64,000 nucleotides of DNA from Saccostrea cucullata (Eukaryota). Made by a program: the position numbers and the translations under genes. A model generated the notes under the pieces. The model made no database searches and was not told where the DNA came from. It worked only from the letters and a program-made list of their open reading frames with translations. The stretch spans positions 310,001 to 374,000 of the forward strand of contig NW_026931824.1 of assembly GCF_032062105.1 (NCBI RefSeq). The letters are read 5' to 3'. Shown in pieces: positions 37,321-50,755 of the stretch (positions are counted from its first letter, which is position 1; each line of letters begins with the position of its first letter).

Positions 37321-37772
37321 GTTCCTGAGTATTAAATAAACTAATTAAGTACATAGTTATGATGAGCAAGAATGCCTCTACCAAAATTGTGAAATTCATG
37401 GCCCCAGGGTCAGGGGTTCTGGTGTTAGGGCGGGGTTCTATTGATTATGTAATGAAAATGCATTTATTCTTTGAAAATCTTCTTCTCTGCTTCTGAGTAT
37501 TAAATAAACTAACAAAGCACATAGTTATGATGAGCAAGAGTGCCTCTACCAAAATTGTGAATTTTATGGCCCCAGGGTCAGAGGTTCTGGTGTTAAGGCG
37601 GTGCTCTATTGATTATATAGTGAAAATGCATTTATTCTTTGAAAATCTTCTTCTCTGCTTCTTCTGTATTAGATAAACCAACGAAGTAAAAAGTTATCAT
37701 GAGCAAGAGTGCCTCTTTCAAAATTTTGAATTTTATGGCCCCAGGGTCAGGGTTAGAGTGGGGCTCTATTGA

Positions 37773-37811
<39 letters not shown>

Positions 37812-40800
37812 TATCTGCTCCTAGGTATTAAATAAACTAACTAAGTACATAGCTAGGATGAGCAAGAATGCTTTTACCAAAATTGTGAATTTTATGGCCC
37901 AATGGTCAGGGGTTATGGTGTTACGGAGTGGTTCTATAATGATTATATAGTGAAAATACATTTCATCTATGAAAATCTTTTTCTCTACTCCTGGGTAATA
38001 AACAGATGTACTACCTATATAGTTATGATGTGCAAGGGCTCTTCTTCCAGAATTGTAAATTTCAAGGCCCCTGGGTCAGGGATACCTAAGAGGGGGGGCT
38101 CTACTTATATACTAAAAATGAATTGTTTGAAATCTGCTCCTTATTATTAATCAAACATTATTGAAAAGCAAGTGTGCCTTTTCAAAAATTATGCAATGTG
38201 TATACCTAGGGCCAGGAGTTCATGTGTGATAAGGGGACTTATGATTATTGCTGAATATTACTGATTAGTTGAAATGCATATTTTGTTCCCCTGCTCTGCT
38301 TATGTGTATTAAGTAAGCAAACTAAACAATTGCTAAGAGTATAGTTATGATTAGCAATGGTGCCTCTTTTAGAATTGTGAATGCCATAGCATCTAGCTTG
38401 AAACATTAACCAAATTCAATCATTTGAAAGTTGTTGCATGATGCTCAGGTGACCTATAAGGCCCGTGGGCCTCTTGTTATTGTTAGAGGGTAAAAATTTT
38501 GAATCTCAGAAACACAACATTATTTTTGTGTATTCCTTGTGACAGACCTTTCTTTGGGTACCACCAAATTTGACCTTTTGACCTTGACCTTGGAGTTTGA
38601 CCCACTTTTACACAAAAATTCCAAACATTTACTTTGGCCATAACTTTTGAATGGTAGGTACTAGGACTTTCATATTTCACACATTTTCTTTAGAGCAAGA
38701 CCTTTCATTGAATACCAACAACTTTGACCTTTTGACCTTGACCTTGGAGATTTATGAACTTATGAAAAGTCTTTAACCTTGACCAAAACTTTTGAATGGT
38801 AAGGGCAAGGGCTGATATGACTTGAAACCTTTTCTATTTAAGGTGTACAGCATGAGACGGGAGCGTCGAGGGTTAGTTTTTATCATCAACAATGAACAAT
38901 TCCTCCCAGGGTCTGGCATGTCACACAGAACTGGAACAAAATTTGACAGAGACAATCTAAATAAATTATTTGAAGGTCTCCACTTTGAAGTAATTATAAA
39001 AAACAATTTGACCAAAGAGGTGAGTCAATACTCAATAGTTATAACATTTATATTGGTATCCTTTTCAAAGAGAGTTGATTCAAAGCTCTCCTGACTGACT
39101 CTTTTCCTAAACTCACTGAGTTAGAGGGAAATTTGTATATATGAAAAAAAGTCTTCAAAAAATCTTTTGCAGTTGGAAAAATTTCTCATGACTAAAGAAA
39201 GATAGTAAAAACTTAAATAGTCATGTACATACATGTATATAAATGCAAGCATGCCTGCTGCATTTATCAAATATGGAATCAAAAGTGTGTTCAATAGGCC
39301 AATGTTTATTTTTACTTTTTTTTTCTTACAGAGGTTTCTTCTTCATTCTTATCAGAGAAACTGATTCAAAAAGATACAACACCAAACCAAAAACCTCCAT
39401 TTTGCATCTCTTGAATTAGATCTTTATTTGTCTTTTTTAGGAAATAATCAAAGAAACTAAACATGTAAGTCGGAGTGATAAAATAAAAGACAGTGACTGT
39501 TTTATCTTTATTATTCTGACTCATGGTGATGACAAAGGTGTGTGTGGTATTGATGGATCTTCTGTCCCTGTGACAGAACTTACAGAAATGTTTGAACCTA
39601 ACAACTGTTCAGAGCTGAATGAGAAGCCAAAGATATTCTTAATTCAGGCTTGTCGTGGGGGTGAGTTGTTTTCAGGTGTATAATTCCTGGGTGTCCTCTT
39701 ACTATATGTGTGTTACTGGAGAATGTGTGCATATTCCTGTCATGCGCCTAACTGCTATGTTTTATTTACCTAGATAAGAGAGAGACTGTAAATCCATCCA
39801 GTGGTTCTGGACAAGTGGGGTCAGTGGGGGATGGAGGAGGGACACAGGACAGTGCTGATGCCGTAGACTCAAAACAATTTGCAGAACCCAATATTTCTGC
39901 CACTGCAACTGTTCATTCCAAGTCTGATTTCCTAATTGCTTACTCCACTCCAGAAGGTATACTAGTAATTCACTATTATTCAGGATTTGTTTATTTTTAT
40001 TTTCATTTTTCAGAGACCAGAAGAGCTTATGCGATATGAAATAATACGTCGTCCGTTCGTCCGTCTAAGGATAAAGTCTGTCTGTCTGTCAAGCCAAATT
40101 AAACAATCTTTCAAAATGACTCCTAAAACAGTTTTGGTCTGATTTCAATATAACTTGGCACACAAGTAGACTACACTAAGATACATAATTCTGTGTATCG
40201 GTTTTTAAATTTATGTCAACGGTGTTGCCGTTGTTCTAAAAATAGAAATTTCTGTGAAATTCTTTCAAAATGCTACTTCTCCTACAGTTTTGGTCTGATT
40301 TTAATATAACTTGGCACATAAGTAGACTACACTAAGATACATAATTCTGTGTATCGGTTTTTGATTTCGATGAACGGTGTTGCCGTGGTTACTAAAAATA
40401 GAAATTTCTGTGAAATTCTTTCAAAATACTCCTCCTCCTACATTTTTGGTCTGATTTCAATATCATTTAATTTCTATAAAATACTTGATTCTGATTGGAT
40501 AAAGAATTCTTTTGATAACTGCATCAATAAAATCTAGAGTTCGGTTGCACTAAGAGCCGGAACTATTTGACAGTCGGTACATGTGTATTCCCCGCTTCCA
40601 GGTTACTTTTTGAAGGAATAATTAAATACCTTTGCTTTAATAAATATTTTCCTGAAGTTTGGTAACCTGTCCGTTAGCTTCCTGAACTTTCTACTTTCGT
40701 TTCAAATTATCCCCCTTTGCTAAACAAATTAAAATCGTCTGCATGACGAGAAAGAAGGGAAGAAATCGTTTAATCGACATACTTTTCTTAAATGTTTGAC

Positions 40801-43800
40801 TTTGAGATATCTGGTATGAAACAATAGAACTCTGAAAAAATGTTTTATTATGCTACCAAAGCGGGGAAAAAAAATCTGTTAAATCGTGTAGTATCAAAAC
40901 GACACTGCATGAATTGAGGATGGAATTCTAAAATCTTGAACTATCGGCAGCAGACTCTTTCAGGTATTACAGCATTGACAGGTTATGATACGTATTTATA
41001 TATTCGGTTTGAAATTCAAATGAAAAGATGCGCAAATGAAATCCAAAATTTCTGTGACGTAGACCGGCCTGTTAGGATATTTGAGTAGCTTCCCTTTACA
41101 TTTACGAACTTAGATAAAATTTGGGGAAAATATAAGGGGATAACACAGCAGGTATTTTTTTGTGTTAAAGAACTGTAAATTATTTTGGAGACTGTTTGTA
41201 ATCACACGACAATATTTGATAACGTTTTTCGTTAGCATGGTTAGAGCCATTTTGAATTTTTAGCCACGTTAACGTTATGGTGATGTATTCGTGCGCACTG
41301 TTTTTGATACATAAATTTAATAGAAAATTGAAAGAAACTTTCATTTTAATAATTTAAAATCATAATTAAATGATAAGAAATGAATGTCAATAATTTTTTG
41401 TTGAAATGTATCAAAGAAAAAGGCAAGCAAAACTTTTTCATCAATGCGCTACGCGCATTGATGAAGTTTTCCGTCCAAATTTTTCTTTGATACATCGATC
41501 AAAGAAAAAATTATAACATTCATTTCTTAAATAACTTAGCACACAAGTAGACTACACTAAGATACATAATTCTGTGTAATGATTTTTGATTTTGATGAAC
41601 GGTGTCGCCGTTGTTGCTAAAAATAGAAATTTCTGTGAAATTCTTTCAAAATGCTACTCCTCCTACAGTTTTGGTCTGAAAAAATATAACTTGGCACACA
41701 AGTAATTTACACTAAGATACATAATTCTGTATATCAGTTTTTGATTTCGATGAATGGTGTTGCCGTGGTTACTAAAAATAGAAATTTCTGTGAAATTCTT
41801 TCAAAATGCTACTCCTCCTACAGTTTTGGTCTGATTTCAATATAACTTGGCACACAAGTAGACTACACTAAGATACATAATTCTGTATATCGGTTTTTGA
41901 TTTCGATACAACGTTGTTGCCATGGTAACTAAAAATAGAAATTTCTGTTAAAAACTCTCAAAATGCTACTCCTCCTGCAGTTTAAGATTTGATTATAATA
42001 TAATGTGGCATGCAAGTAGACTATATGTTAAAATGTAAAGAGACTTAATCAAGGATCATTATTCTTTTTATTGCTGTGGTAAAGTTTCAATTCCCAACTG
42101 CTTAAGAACTTTTCTCTTCCTCTGCTATATTAAGTACAAACCAGTAGAGCTTCAGTCTCGACAGAGACTTCTGGTTTTTATTTTCATTTTTAAGGAATAT
42201 TGGGTTTTGTATAATGAAATAATACACATAAAGTTTAGTTTAAGGATAAAGTTTCTATAATTCAAGCCAAATTCCAAAGTCAAGGTCAAAAGATTAAAAA
42301 ATGTTGGAACCCAAAATATTAACAAGTAATACCTGTGAAAATGAAAGCTAGAACCAATCATTTAAATTTTTGTCAAAGGTTAATGTGTCTAAAAAGTAGA
42401 TCAAACTTAAAGATCAAGGTAAAAGGGTTAAAATTGCAGTCATCAAAGGAAAGATTTTGCTACCAGGAATATGCTTTTGACTTAAAAGCCTTAGCAACAA
42501 ATTTTCAAAAGGTATTGGCAATACCTTTTGAAAATTTGTTAAAAAGGTAAAGGTATTTTATAAGTATTTCAAACTTTAAGGTCAACGTCAAAGGGTCAAA
42601 ATTGTTGGTACCTAAGGGTAGGTCTCATTCAAGGAGTGAGCTTACATGTATTTAGTAAATTTAAAACCTTAGCTCTAAGCATTCAAAACTCAAGGACATG
42701 ATTAAAGTTTTTAAAAGAAGGGTCAACCTCTATGGTCGAGGCCTAGGAAACTTCTTTTCACAAGAATTACACGTGTGAAGTATGGAAGTCCTTGCACTTA
42801 GTGTTCAAAAGTTATGATCAAGATTAAAGTTTGGTAAAAGTTTTTCAGAAGTGAGTCAAACTCCAAGGTCAAAAGATCAAATGTGTTGGTACCCAAAGAA
42901 AGGTCTTGTCACAAGAATTAAACACATGAAACATGAAAGCTGTGTCTCCAACCAATCAAAAGTTATTTGCAAGGGTCAAGTTCTTCTGGACAAACAAACA
43001 ATCAGACAGAGAGGGCAAAAACGTGTACAATACATGTATATCAAAATCATTGATTACTGGGGCATAAAAAGCACAGACCTGCCTACCCTTCCGCTTTTGG
43101 CGCAATTCTTCCGCTTTTTACCACAAAATTACGCTATTACACCACTTAAATTAATTTTACGCTTTTGATATTTGTCTATAAAATCCATTATGAACGTCTA
43201 AATTTAGAGTCAAAGTACGACCCGCTGAAATGAAATGAGAAGTTCTAATAGAGTAATTAATAGAGGACCAGTTCGAAAACGTACGTAATATACCTAGTAG
43301 TTATATGTATACCGGTATGGCGAAGATTCGGAAGTAAACAAGAAGGCACTATACTTACGTTTACTATTAAATGATATTGCAATAAGTACAATGCTATGCT
43401 CAATTTAGTTTATTAAAACATTGCTTAGAACAAGATAGAGAAATGTGAGTGTTAAAAAGATAAAAAAAAAAAAACAGTGCTTAGTATCATGTACGATTTG
43501 TGTAAGCATGCGAACGCAAGCCTTCAATTAAGTGATTTGATACAAATTGACCAAATGCTTCATCAAGGTTGTACGGTTGGTTTAAGTTTAATATAGGATA
43601 CTGGTATTTTACAACACTTTTTGCCAATAGATGAATTGAAAAAGAAAAGTATATGCCAGCTTTGTTAAGATATATACAATTTTGGTTGTTTTGAAAGAAA
43701 ATAAAGTATATAGCGGGTTATTATAGTGGGGTGCTTACTTTGGCGTTTTGATTGTAGCCCACTAAAATTCTACTCGCGAAAATCGTCAGTACTCTTCTTA

Positions 43801-44655
43801 GTGTTCAAATCCTAAAAGCTGAAACACTGTGGCCGCTAAACATGATTGATTATGCTTTAACCTCTGAAATTCCACCAAACATTTACTGAAATTACACCCT
43901 TGAAAAGAAAAGGGTAGGCAGGTCTGAAAGCATAAAAATCCAAACAACAACTGTTCAGATTTAAAATTCAAAAGTATTGACCAAGGACTAAGTTGACATG
44001 TCAAGACATATGAAGTTTGAAAACCCTTGCAACAACCATTCAAAAGTTAAGGCCAATGTTAGTGTTTGGTAAAATTTGGTTAAAGTCATAATGGCTCATT
44101 GCATTGCCTCTTCCTTGTTGTAACTTGAATTTCTACAAATGTTTGTAATTGTAGAAATGAATGTAGCTTACTCATAACATGCTTCCAGAAAGTTTTCATC
44201 TGAGTAATTATCTACTTTTTTGAGCAGGTTCCCTATCATGGAGAAAGACAAATTCTGGTTCTTGGTTTATGCAGGCAGTTGTATGGATCTTAAAATATGA
44301 AGCTCATCTCAAAGACCTTGTTGAAATGCTGGGAAAGGCAAGCATAGCTTTAATAAGCATTGTTCAGCCCAATTACATATAAAATCATTAGTTATTGATT
44401 TAAGGATTGTGAACAAAAGTGATCAGATTACATTAGCTTATACTGAAATTATAAGTTAGAATAATATCTTCCATTGCATCATTTTTATGCATTCTGTAAT
44501 TGTAGGTAAACTACCTGGTCAGTAAAGGCAAGGCTTCACATGGAGAACATCACTATGTAACAGTCTCCAACTACCACTCCTCACTCAGGAAAAAATTATA
44601 CTTCTTCCCAGGAATTTATGGAGATAAAAGAGTGCATCCCAGCTGTATAAATTAG
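32422..44655 (+). CDS. CARD-prodomain initiator caspase (caspase-2/9-like)
   Basis: Exons 32422-32568, 35220-35400, 36285-36388, 38843-39019, 39441-39660, 39774-39956, 44228-44337, 44506-44655. CARD: AIRRNYSYFKNNIADPLDVVEYL...KMLDILLRRGPR. p20: RGLVFIINNEQF, HRTGT, ILTHG, KPKIFLIQACRG. Linker TQDSADAVD. p10: SDFLIAYSTPEG, SWR, GSWFMQA, LRKKLYFFPG. Confidence 0.93.
32626..34978. mobile_element. Nested TAGCTGCAGAACTGTAG-TIR elements in caspase intron 1
   Basis: Outer TIRs at ~32626 and ~34978; inner pair at ~32760 and ~34723 (TAGCTGCAGATCTGTAGCGTTATGGTTTTATATA and its reverse complement). A related end occurs near 810-825. Confidence 0.65.
32880..34287. mobile_element. Mutator-like non-autonomous element
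   Basis: TIRs GGGTGTTGCTAAAACGCGGAACGGAAA / TTTCCGTTCCGCGTTTTAGCAACACCC; 9-bp TSD TTTGGGGAG (32871-32879, 34288-34296). Confidence 0.8.
36900..38478 (+). repeat. HINE-like element carrying a ~160-170-bp satellite array
   Basis: 5' CTCAGGTGACC plus a GTCC/GTC microsatellite; about 6 tandem units containing GAAAATCTTCTTCTC...CCAAAATTGTGAAATTCATGGCCCCAGGGTCAGGGG; 3' stem-loop AGGCCCGTGGGCCT-CTTGTT. A related opposite-strand copy lies at ~35720-36220. Confidence 0.75.
40005..42178 (+). repeat. HINE-like element with a 155-bp tandem array, interrupted by an ~1.07-kb insertion
   Basis: Unit AAAATGCTACTCCTCCTACAGTTTTGGTCTGATTTCAATATAACTTGGCACACAAGTAGACTACACTAAG..., period 155 (41641 vs 41796). The array is broken at ~40463-41531. 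Confidence 0.75.
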
Positions 44656-47600
44656 TTCCTGATGCAATGTGTTCCTCTAAAGTCTAGAAATACACTCAAT
44701 ATTAAGGATTAGTGAATTTAACTACAGTGTATGAAGACAAATTCAAATCGAATTATTCTCCTACCAATTCCATGCCTTTTTCTGCTGCTCAGATTCCTTA
44801 TAAATACATACACACTGTTTTAAAATTTCACCTGTTTTTAAAAAACATTTTGTATTTCACATATCACATGAAAATTTGTACTTTTATGAGATTTTATTTA
44901 TGTAGATGCATTGTGGTATAAATATCTATATGTTAAAATGTAATGATTTTCCTTTTAATGCAATTGTAGCAACTACAAAGAGCTTTAGGCAGTTAAAAAA
45001 AGATTTACTGTAGAAGCACAAATTTTCGTGGGGATAAAATTTCATTGATTTGCCATTAAAAAAAGTTTCGTGGGCATTTAATTTCATTGTTTTGAAAGTT
45101 ACTCTATTCAATTTATAGTCATATAAAATTTTGTGTGGGATTTAATTTTGTTCATAATTGTAAACAACGAAATAAACGAAATTTAATCCCCCATGAATAT
45201 TTGTGCTTTACGATAATCGGTACTTTTGGTCAAATAAACCTTTATTGTAGGTGATGGCCGAAAATCCTAGTTGCCTACTCTTTCTGATACCAGTATGTTC
45301 AACAGGACTAATCAGTGCTATATTTCAAAGTATTTGCATATATAATTATTATTTGTTACATTTTTCACTTTTTTAAAAATAAATCTTTTTGTTAGTTTTC
45401 ATGTTTTACATGTACTGAATGTATATAGTGTAAACACAGTAAAACTGGGTTAAAGTAAAGCATTGTGAATCTGTGTATTTGGGGACTTTGTAATTTGTTA
45501 TGGCTAATTAATAAATTTGTTAAAATTACACTGTAACAAAGTGCAATATAAATGATTCTCAGTTATGACTACTAATTGAATATGTTCATGGGGGTATCAA
45601 ATACAAAAAAAAATATCTTGGAGAACTCTAAATTTCATATGAATTTAATTTCAACAAGCAAATTCAAAGAATTGTGGTCCCCCACTCTCTGTGTCTTTCT
45701 GGTTGGGATGTCATTTTTTATGACATATTGAGTCAAATCTTGTCAAAGGTAATGCACATGTCAGATATGAAAGCCCTTTCTCTTCTCAATCAAAAGTTAT
45801 AAGGAAGTGAACAGAACCTGATGACCCCGTATGACAAAATAGATTTTATATATTGGTAGTTTCTTAAAAAAGAGTCTTGCCACAAGTATTACATATGCAA
45901 AGTATGAAAGCCCTTGCTCAAACCGTTCAAAAGTTATGGCCAAGGTTAAAGTTTTTAAAACGTAGGTCAAACTCCAAGGTCAAGGTCAAAGGCTCAACGT
46001 TCTTGGAATCCAATGAGAGGTCTCCTCACAATGATTACATATGTGAAGAATGAAAGTCCTAGCCCTTACCATTCAAAAGTTATGGCCAAGGTTGACGTTT
46101 TTTCATAAGTATGTAAATCTCCAAGGTCAAAAGGTCAAAGAATACATGTGAAATTTGAAAGCCCTAGTATCTACCGTTCAAAAGTTATGGCCAAAGTAAA
46201 AGTTTAGAATTTTTGTGTAAAGTGGGTCAAACTCCAAGGTCAAGATCAAAAGGTCAAATTTGGTTGTACCCAAAGAAAGGTCTTGTCACTAGGAATATAC
46301 ATGTGAAATATGAAAGTCATAGCTCCACTAAATCAAAAGTTATGAGCAAGGTTAAAGTTTTTGTGACGGACAGACTGACTGACTGACGAATGAGATTTAA
46401 TGAAATTAATGTCCCCTCGCTTTCGCGAAAGGGGGGGGGGCAAAAATAATGAAATGAACGATTTGGAATAATTTTTTCCTGCTGAAAGTGAGGGATGTAT
46501 ATTTCGGTGTTTCTTTTCTTCAGTCCATCCATCTGTCTGTATTTCTGTCTGTCACACTTTCGTTTCCATATGATATCTACAGAAGCCCTTGAGCTTTTGC
46601 AACAACATTTTACACAACTCTCTTTGGCTGGAGGAAAACCCCAGGCCTATTTATTTCAGAGAATATGTACCCCCTCCCCCCTACCCTCCGCATGAGGAAA
46701 AAAAACAAGCTCAGAAAAGCTCGGTATTACGTATTACGCTTTAACGGGAAAGTAGTCCCGAAGAGTTGACATTGTATGGAGTTTGACTAAAATGAGCATA
46801 TGGTCATGATAGGTATTTCCAATTTTCCTACAGGAACTTTATTGTTCCCAAAAGAATTTTCTGTTCAAAGGTGATTACCTCGCCTGACAGACGAGATTTA
46901 CCTGTAACAAGGGTAGTTATGAACTCTGTGAGTCTACCACTTGGTATACATGGTTTTTATGTGTAATGAGAGTTTGGCGGGCGCCAACATGCCACTTTTG
47001 AAGTGGCAGAATTATCAGGCACAGTGTTGTAACATTTTATGGCGATCTAATCCCTGGAATGCAAAACTTTGGCGAATAAACACACAATTTTATGGAATTA
47101 CAAAAATCGCTTTTAATGTAAAACTTGCAAGATGTAAACCGAAATTTCACAGGATTGATAAAAGTTATTTTGTTCAAATGAATCTAATATCTTGAAAGCT
47201 TTTCATTGAATTTGCCCCCCCCCCTCCCCCGGCTGAAAGTATTAATCTAGGTCTGTCTGTGCGTCCATATGTCGATCTGTAACACTTTCGTTTCCATGCG
47301 ATATCTCGAGAAGCATTTGACTTTTGCAATGGCGCGGATCCAGAAATTTTTACCAAAGGGGGGTTCATCCTCGTCAAAAAGAAAATCCCAACTCGGAAAT
47401 TTCTGAACAAGCATAAAAAACTAATCTCATTTCCCAAACGTGAAAACCCTATTCCGAGGGGAGGGGGGAGTCATACTAATGACTTAATTTTCATACCAAT
47501 ATGACAAAGATCAAAGTCTTGGAGAAGGGGTATCCGTTTTCTATATAGGGGATCCAAGATCACTTTTACTTTAAGACATTTATATACATGTAATAACTCT

Positions 47601-48449
47601 GCAAAGTCCAAGGGGGTGGGGTGGGTGGGGGTCCGGACCACCACCACCCCCCTTCCTCTAGACCGGTGCATGAATGACATTTAGTACCACAACCCTCTAT
47701 GGCCTAAGAAAGACCATTTATTTTTAGTCATAAATTCATATACTTTCGTGTCAGGAAGACGTCACAAATCACTTCCAATTTCATATCATTTGTAACATGT
47801 AATAAACATTGGTATTTAAGGCTAGATTAAAAAATATCTTATTTCTCTAAAACTGTATGTTTTTCTTCCCCTTTTGTTGGTAACAAAAGTCAACATTTCA
47901 TAAGACCCTTTCTTAAAGACTTCCCAAAAACCTGATCATGTAAAAATGAAGAAAATGAAAATGGTTGCATGAAACGTTTTTCAAGTTATCCTTCCTGGCT
48001 GAATATCAAATATCCCTAAAATGGACCCCTCCCCTTTCTCAAAAAAAAAAAAAAAAAAAACCCAAAAAAAAAACCCAAAAAAAAACCAAAAAAAAAAAAC
48101 CTTGATTCACTAATGTAGATATCCCTGTTAATTTAATTATGAATTCTGGGAGTTGCTTTGCAATCTCACATGATCTCGATACTGACGTAGGCTGATGGAG
48201 AACTGAAATCAGGCACGTAGCATCGATTTTGAAAGGGGGTTGGCAGCCAGAGAAAATTTTTTTTTGACTTACCTGAAAAAGTTGACAAGCAAAATTAAGT
48301 CGAAAATCCTATTTCGTGGGGGGGGGGGGGGGGTCAGCTAGGCAAACTTTTCTTACTACCAATTCCTTTCAAAAGCCATTTTTTAACTTTACAATACTAT
48401 ATCCCCTTCATATTACTTTACTATTGTATAAAGGGGGGGGGGGGGACAA

Positions 48450-49402
48450 CGGTCCGTGTAACACTTAACAATTCAAATTTCTAAAACGATTTAGAGTTTT
48501 AGAATGTTGATATATTAGTTCAAATATCTAACTTTCAAAATATCAAACTGATTTGGTATATTGAATTTTAATATTTTAGTTCAAAAATCTAAAATTTCAA
48601 TTTTCCAAATAGGTTTAACATTTTGAGTTTTAAGATTTTTACCTTAAATATTCAAAATTCAAATTTCCAAAAACACATTTTGTATTTTAAACTTTTGAGT
48701 TTTTAATCTACCGTTTGTTTAGAAAGTTTACGCTTAACAATCTAAAATTCGATAACATTTTCGTCTTTTGATTATTCAAAATTTACTTCAAACTTCCAAC
48801 TTTCAAACGCTTTAGATTTTTAGAAATTTAGAATTTTGATTTAAAAACTCAACTTTTAAATAACCAAAACACGTTTGTACATTTTGAGTTTTTAGAAGTT
48901 CAAATATCCAAAATATGAAATTCTATACCTGGTTTAAATTTTGGATATTTAAAGTAAAATTCTAAAAACTCAAAGTGTTAAGTTATTAGAAATTTAAACA
49001 TTTAAACCAAAATTCCAAATTTCTAAAAATCTTAAAAGTTTCAAAGTTGGATTTTAGAAGTTTGAAGCTAATTTCAAATAATCGAAAGAAGAAAAATATT
49101 ACCGAACTTTAGATTGTTAAGTGTAAACTTTCTGAACAAACGGGCTAAAAACCCAAACGTTTAAATTCCATTAATCGTTTTTGGTAATTTGAATTTTGAA
49201 AATTTAAGGTAAAAATCTAAAGTATCAAAATTCTAAAACCTATTTGGAAATTTGAAAATTTAGATTTTTTAACTAAAATATTAAATTTCATTATACCAAA
49301 TCAGTTTGAGCTTTTGAAAGTTAGATATTTGAAATAACATATTAACATTTTAAAACTCTAAATCGTTTTAGAAATTTGAATTGTTAAGTGTTACACGGAC
49401 CG
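48450..49402. mobile_element. Foldback-type element (long inverted repeat)
   Basis: CGGTCCGTGTAACACTTAACAATTCAAATTTCTAAAACGATTTAGAG... and its reverse complement, with arms matching for several hundred bp; 4-bp TSD ACAA. Nested in a CAGGCACGTAGCA-TIR element (48210-49502). Confidence 0.8.
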
Positions 49403-49584
49403 ACAACCAGACTTTCAATGAACATTTTCAATAGTAAAAGTATTGTTGGCAAAAAAAGTGGGGGGCCCGCCCCCCCCCCCCCCCCCGGTTGCTACGTGCC
49501 TGGAAATGTTTTTAGACTCTCAATGAACATGAGTGAAAGTGGCACTGAGTAAATATTAAACTTATAATTATCCATCCTCTTTTC

Positions 49585-49943
49585 CAGCCACGTAGCATCG
49601 TTTTGGAAAGGGGGCAGCCAGAGAATTGTTTTTACTTACCTGAAAGAGTTGGCAAGCAAAAAAAAAAAAAATTGAAAATTGCCCAAACTCTGAATTCCTA
49701 TTTCGTTGGAGGTAGGGTGGGGGGTTGAGGTAGGGACCAACCTTTTTTCAATGCCAACTACTTTCAGTAACATTTTTTTTTGCATTCATTATTACATTTC
49801 CCCAATATCAACTTCCTGTAGTATAAAGCGGGGGGGCGCAACCAGCCTTTCAATGAACATTTCCAATTGAATACTAGTAGTAATTTTAAGTAATGTTGGG
49901 AAAAAAGTGGGGACCCCCCCCCCCCCCCGTTGCTACGTGCCTG
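49585..49943. mobile_element. MITE of the CAGGCACGTAGCA family
   Basis: TIRs CAGCCACGTAGCA / TGCTACGTGCCTG; internal homology to 48210-49502 and 28317-30159. Confidence 0.7.
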
Positions 49944-50261
49944 TTTTCAAACATATGGTACCTTGCACCCCCTCCCAGTTTTAAGATATTGATGATCAGA
50001 ATTAAATCACTGATGTTCACTTATGTGTGATTTTTTTTTAAAATGCCAATTATAAAATGTTACATGTATATTATTTTATTTTAGTATAACTAAGGCATAT
50101 AAAAGGTCTCTGACTGAAATGCACGTTTATAATGCTAAAATCGACAAATTATTTTGTAAAATATTGCACATTTTTAATTATTTTGAATTCATTTCATGGG
50201 ACAGATTGATATTACTGCATTAAAAAAATACATGCACAACAAAATCAAGCCTATGAATGTA

Positions 50262-50755
50262 CAGTTGTGTGCCAAAAGTGAAGATAATTTTATTTTTTCT
50301 TTATATATTTCATTGAAAACAATATTTTGTAAAATCGCTGGTATGACAACATTTCTTTTTGGATAATTTTTTTAAAAATTTTTTGATAATCCAAGAAATT
50401 ATTGTAGTTAAAAACAACAATAGCTAGTTTTTATCAGATAAGCATTGATAATTTAGAAATATTGTAATTTAAGTGTGACATGAATTTTTAAGTCATATAT
50501 TCACAATGAATTATATAGTCAACATTGATCTTGAATTTTAGAACTGATGTTTAGTGATGAACTATATTTTACTACATATTGAAACGTGTAATGATCTTTT
50601 GAAGAAAGATAACTACTCATTTTCTGGTTTAATTACTGAAATAAATAATTAAATTGGACAAAAATTGACCATTTACCTATGATTTTACAAAATGTTGTTT
50701 TCAATGAAATATATAGAGAAAAAATAAAATTATCTTCACTTTTGGCACGCCACTG
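50262..50755. mobile_element. Tc1/mariner-like MITE
   Basis: ~75-bp TIRs CAGTTGTGTGCCAAAAGTGAAGATAATTTTATTTTTTC / GAAAAAATAAAATTATCTTCACTTTTGGCACGCCACTG; TA at the left flank. Confidence 0.75.
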
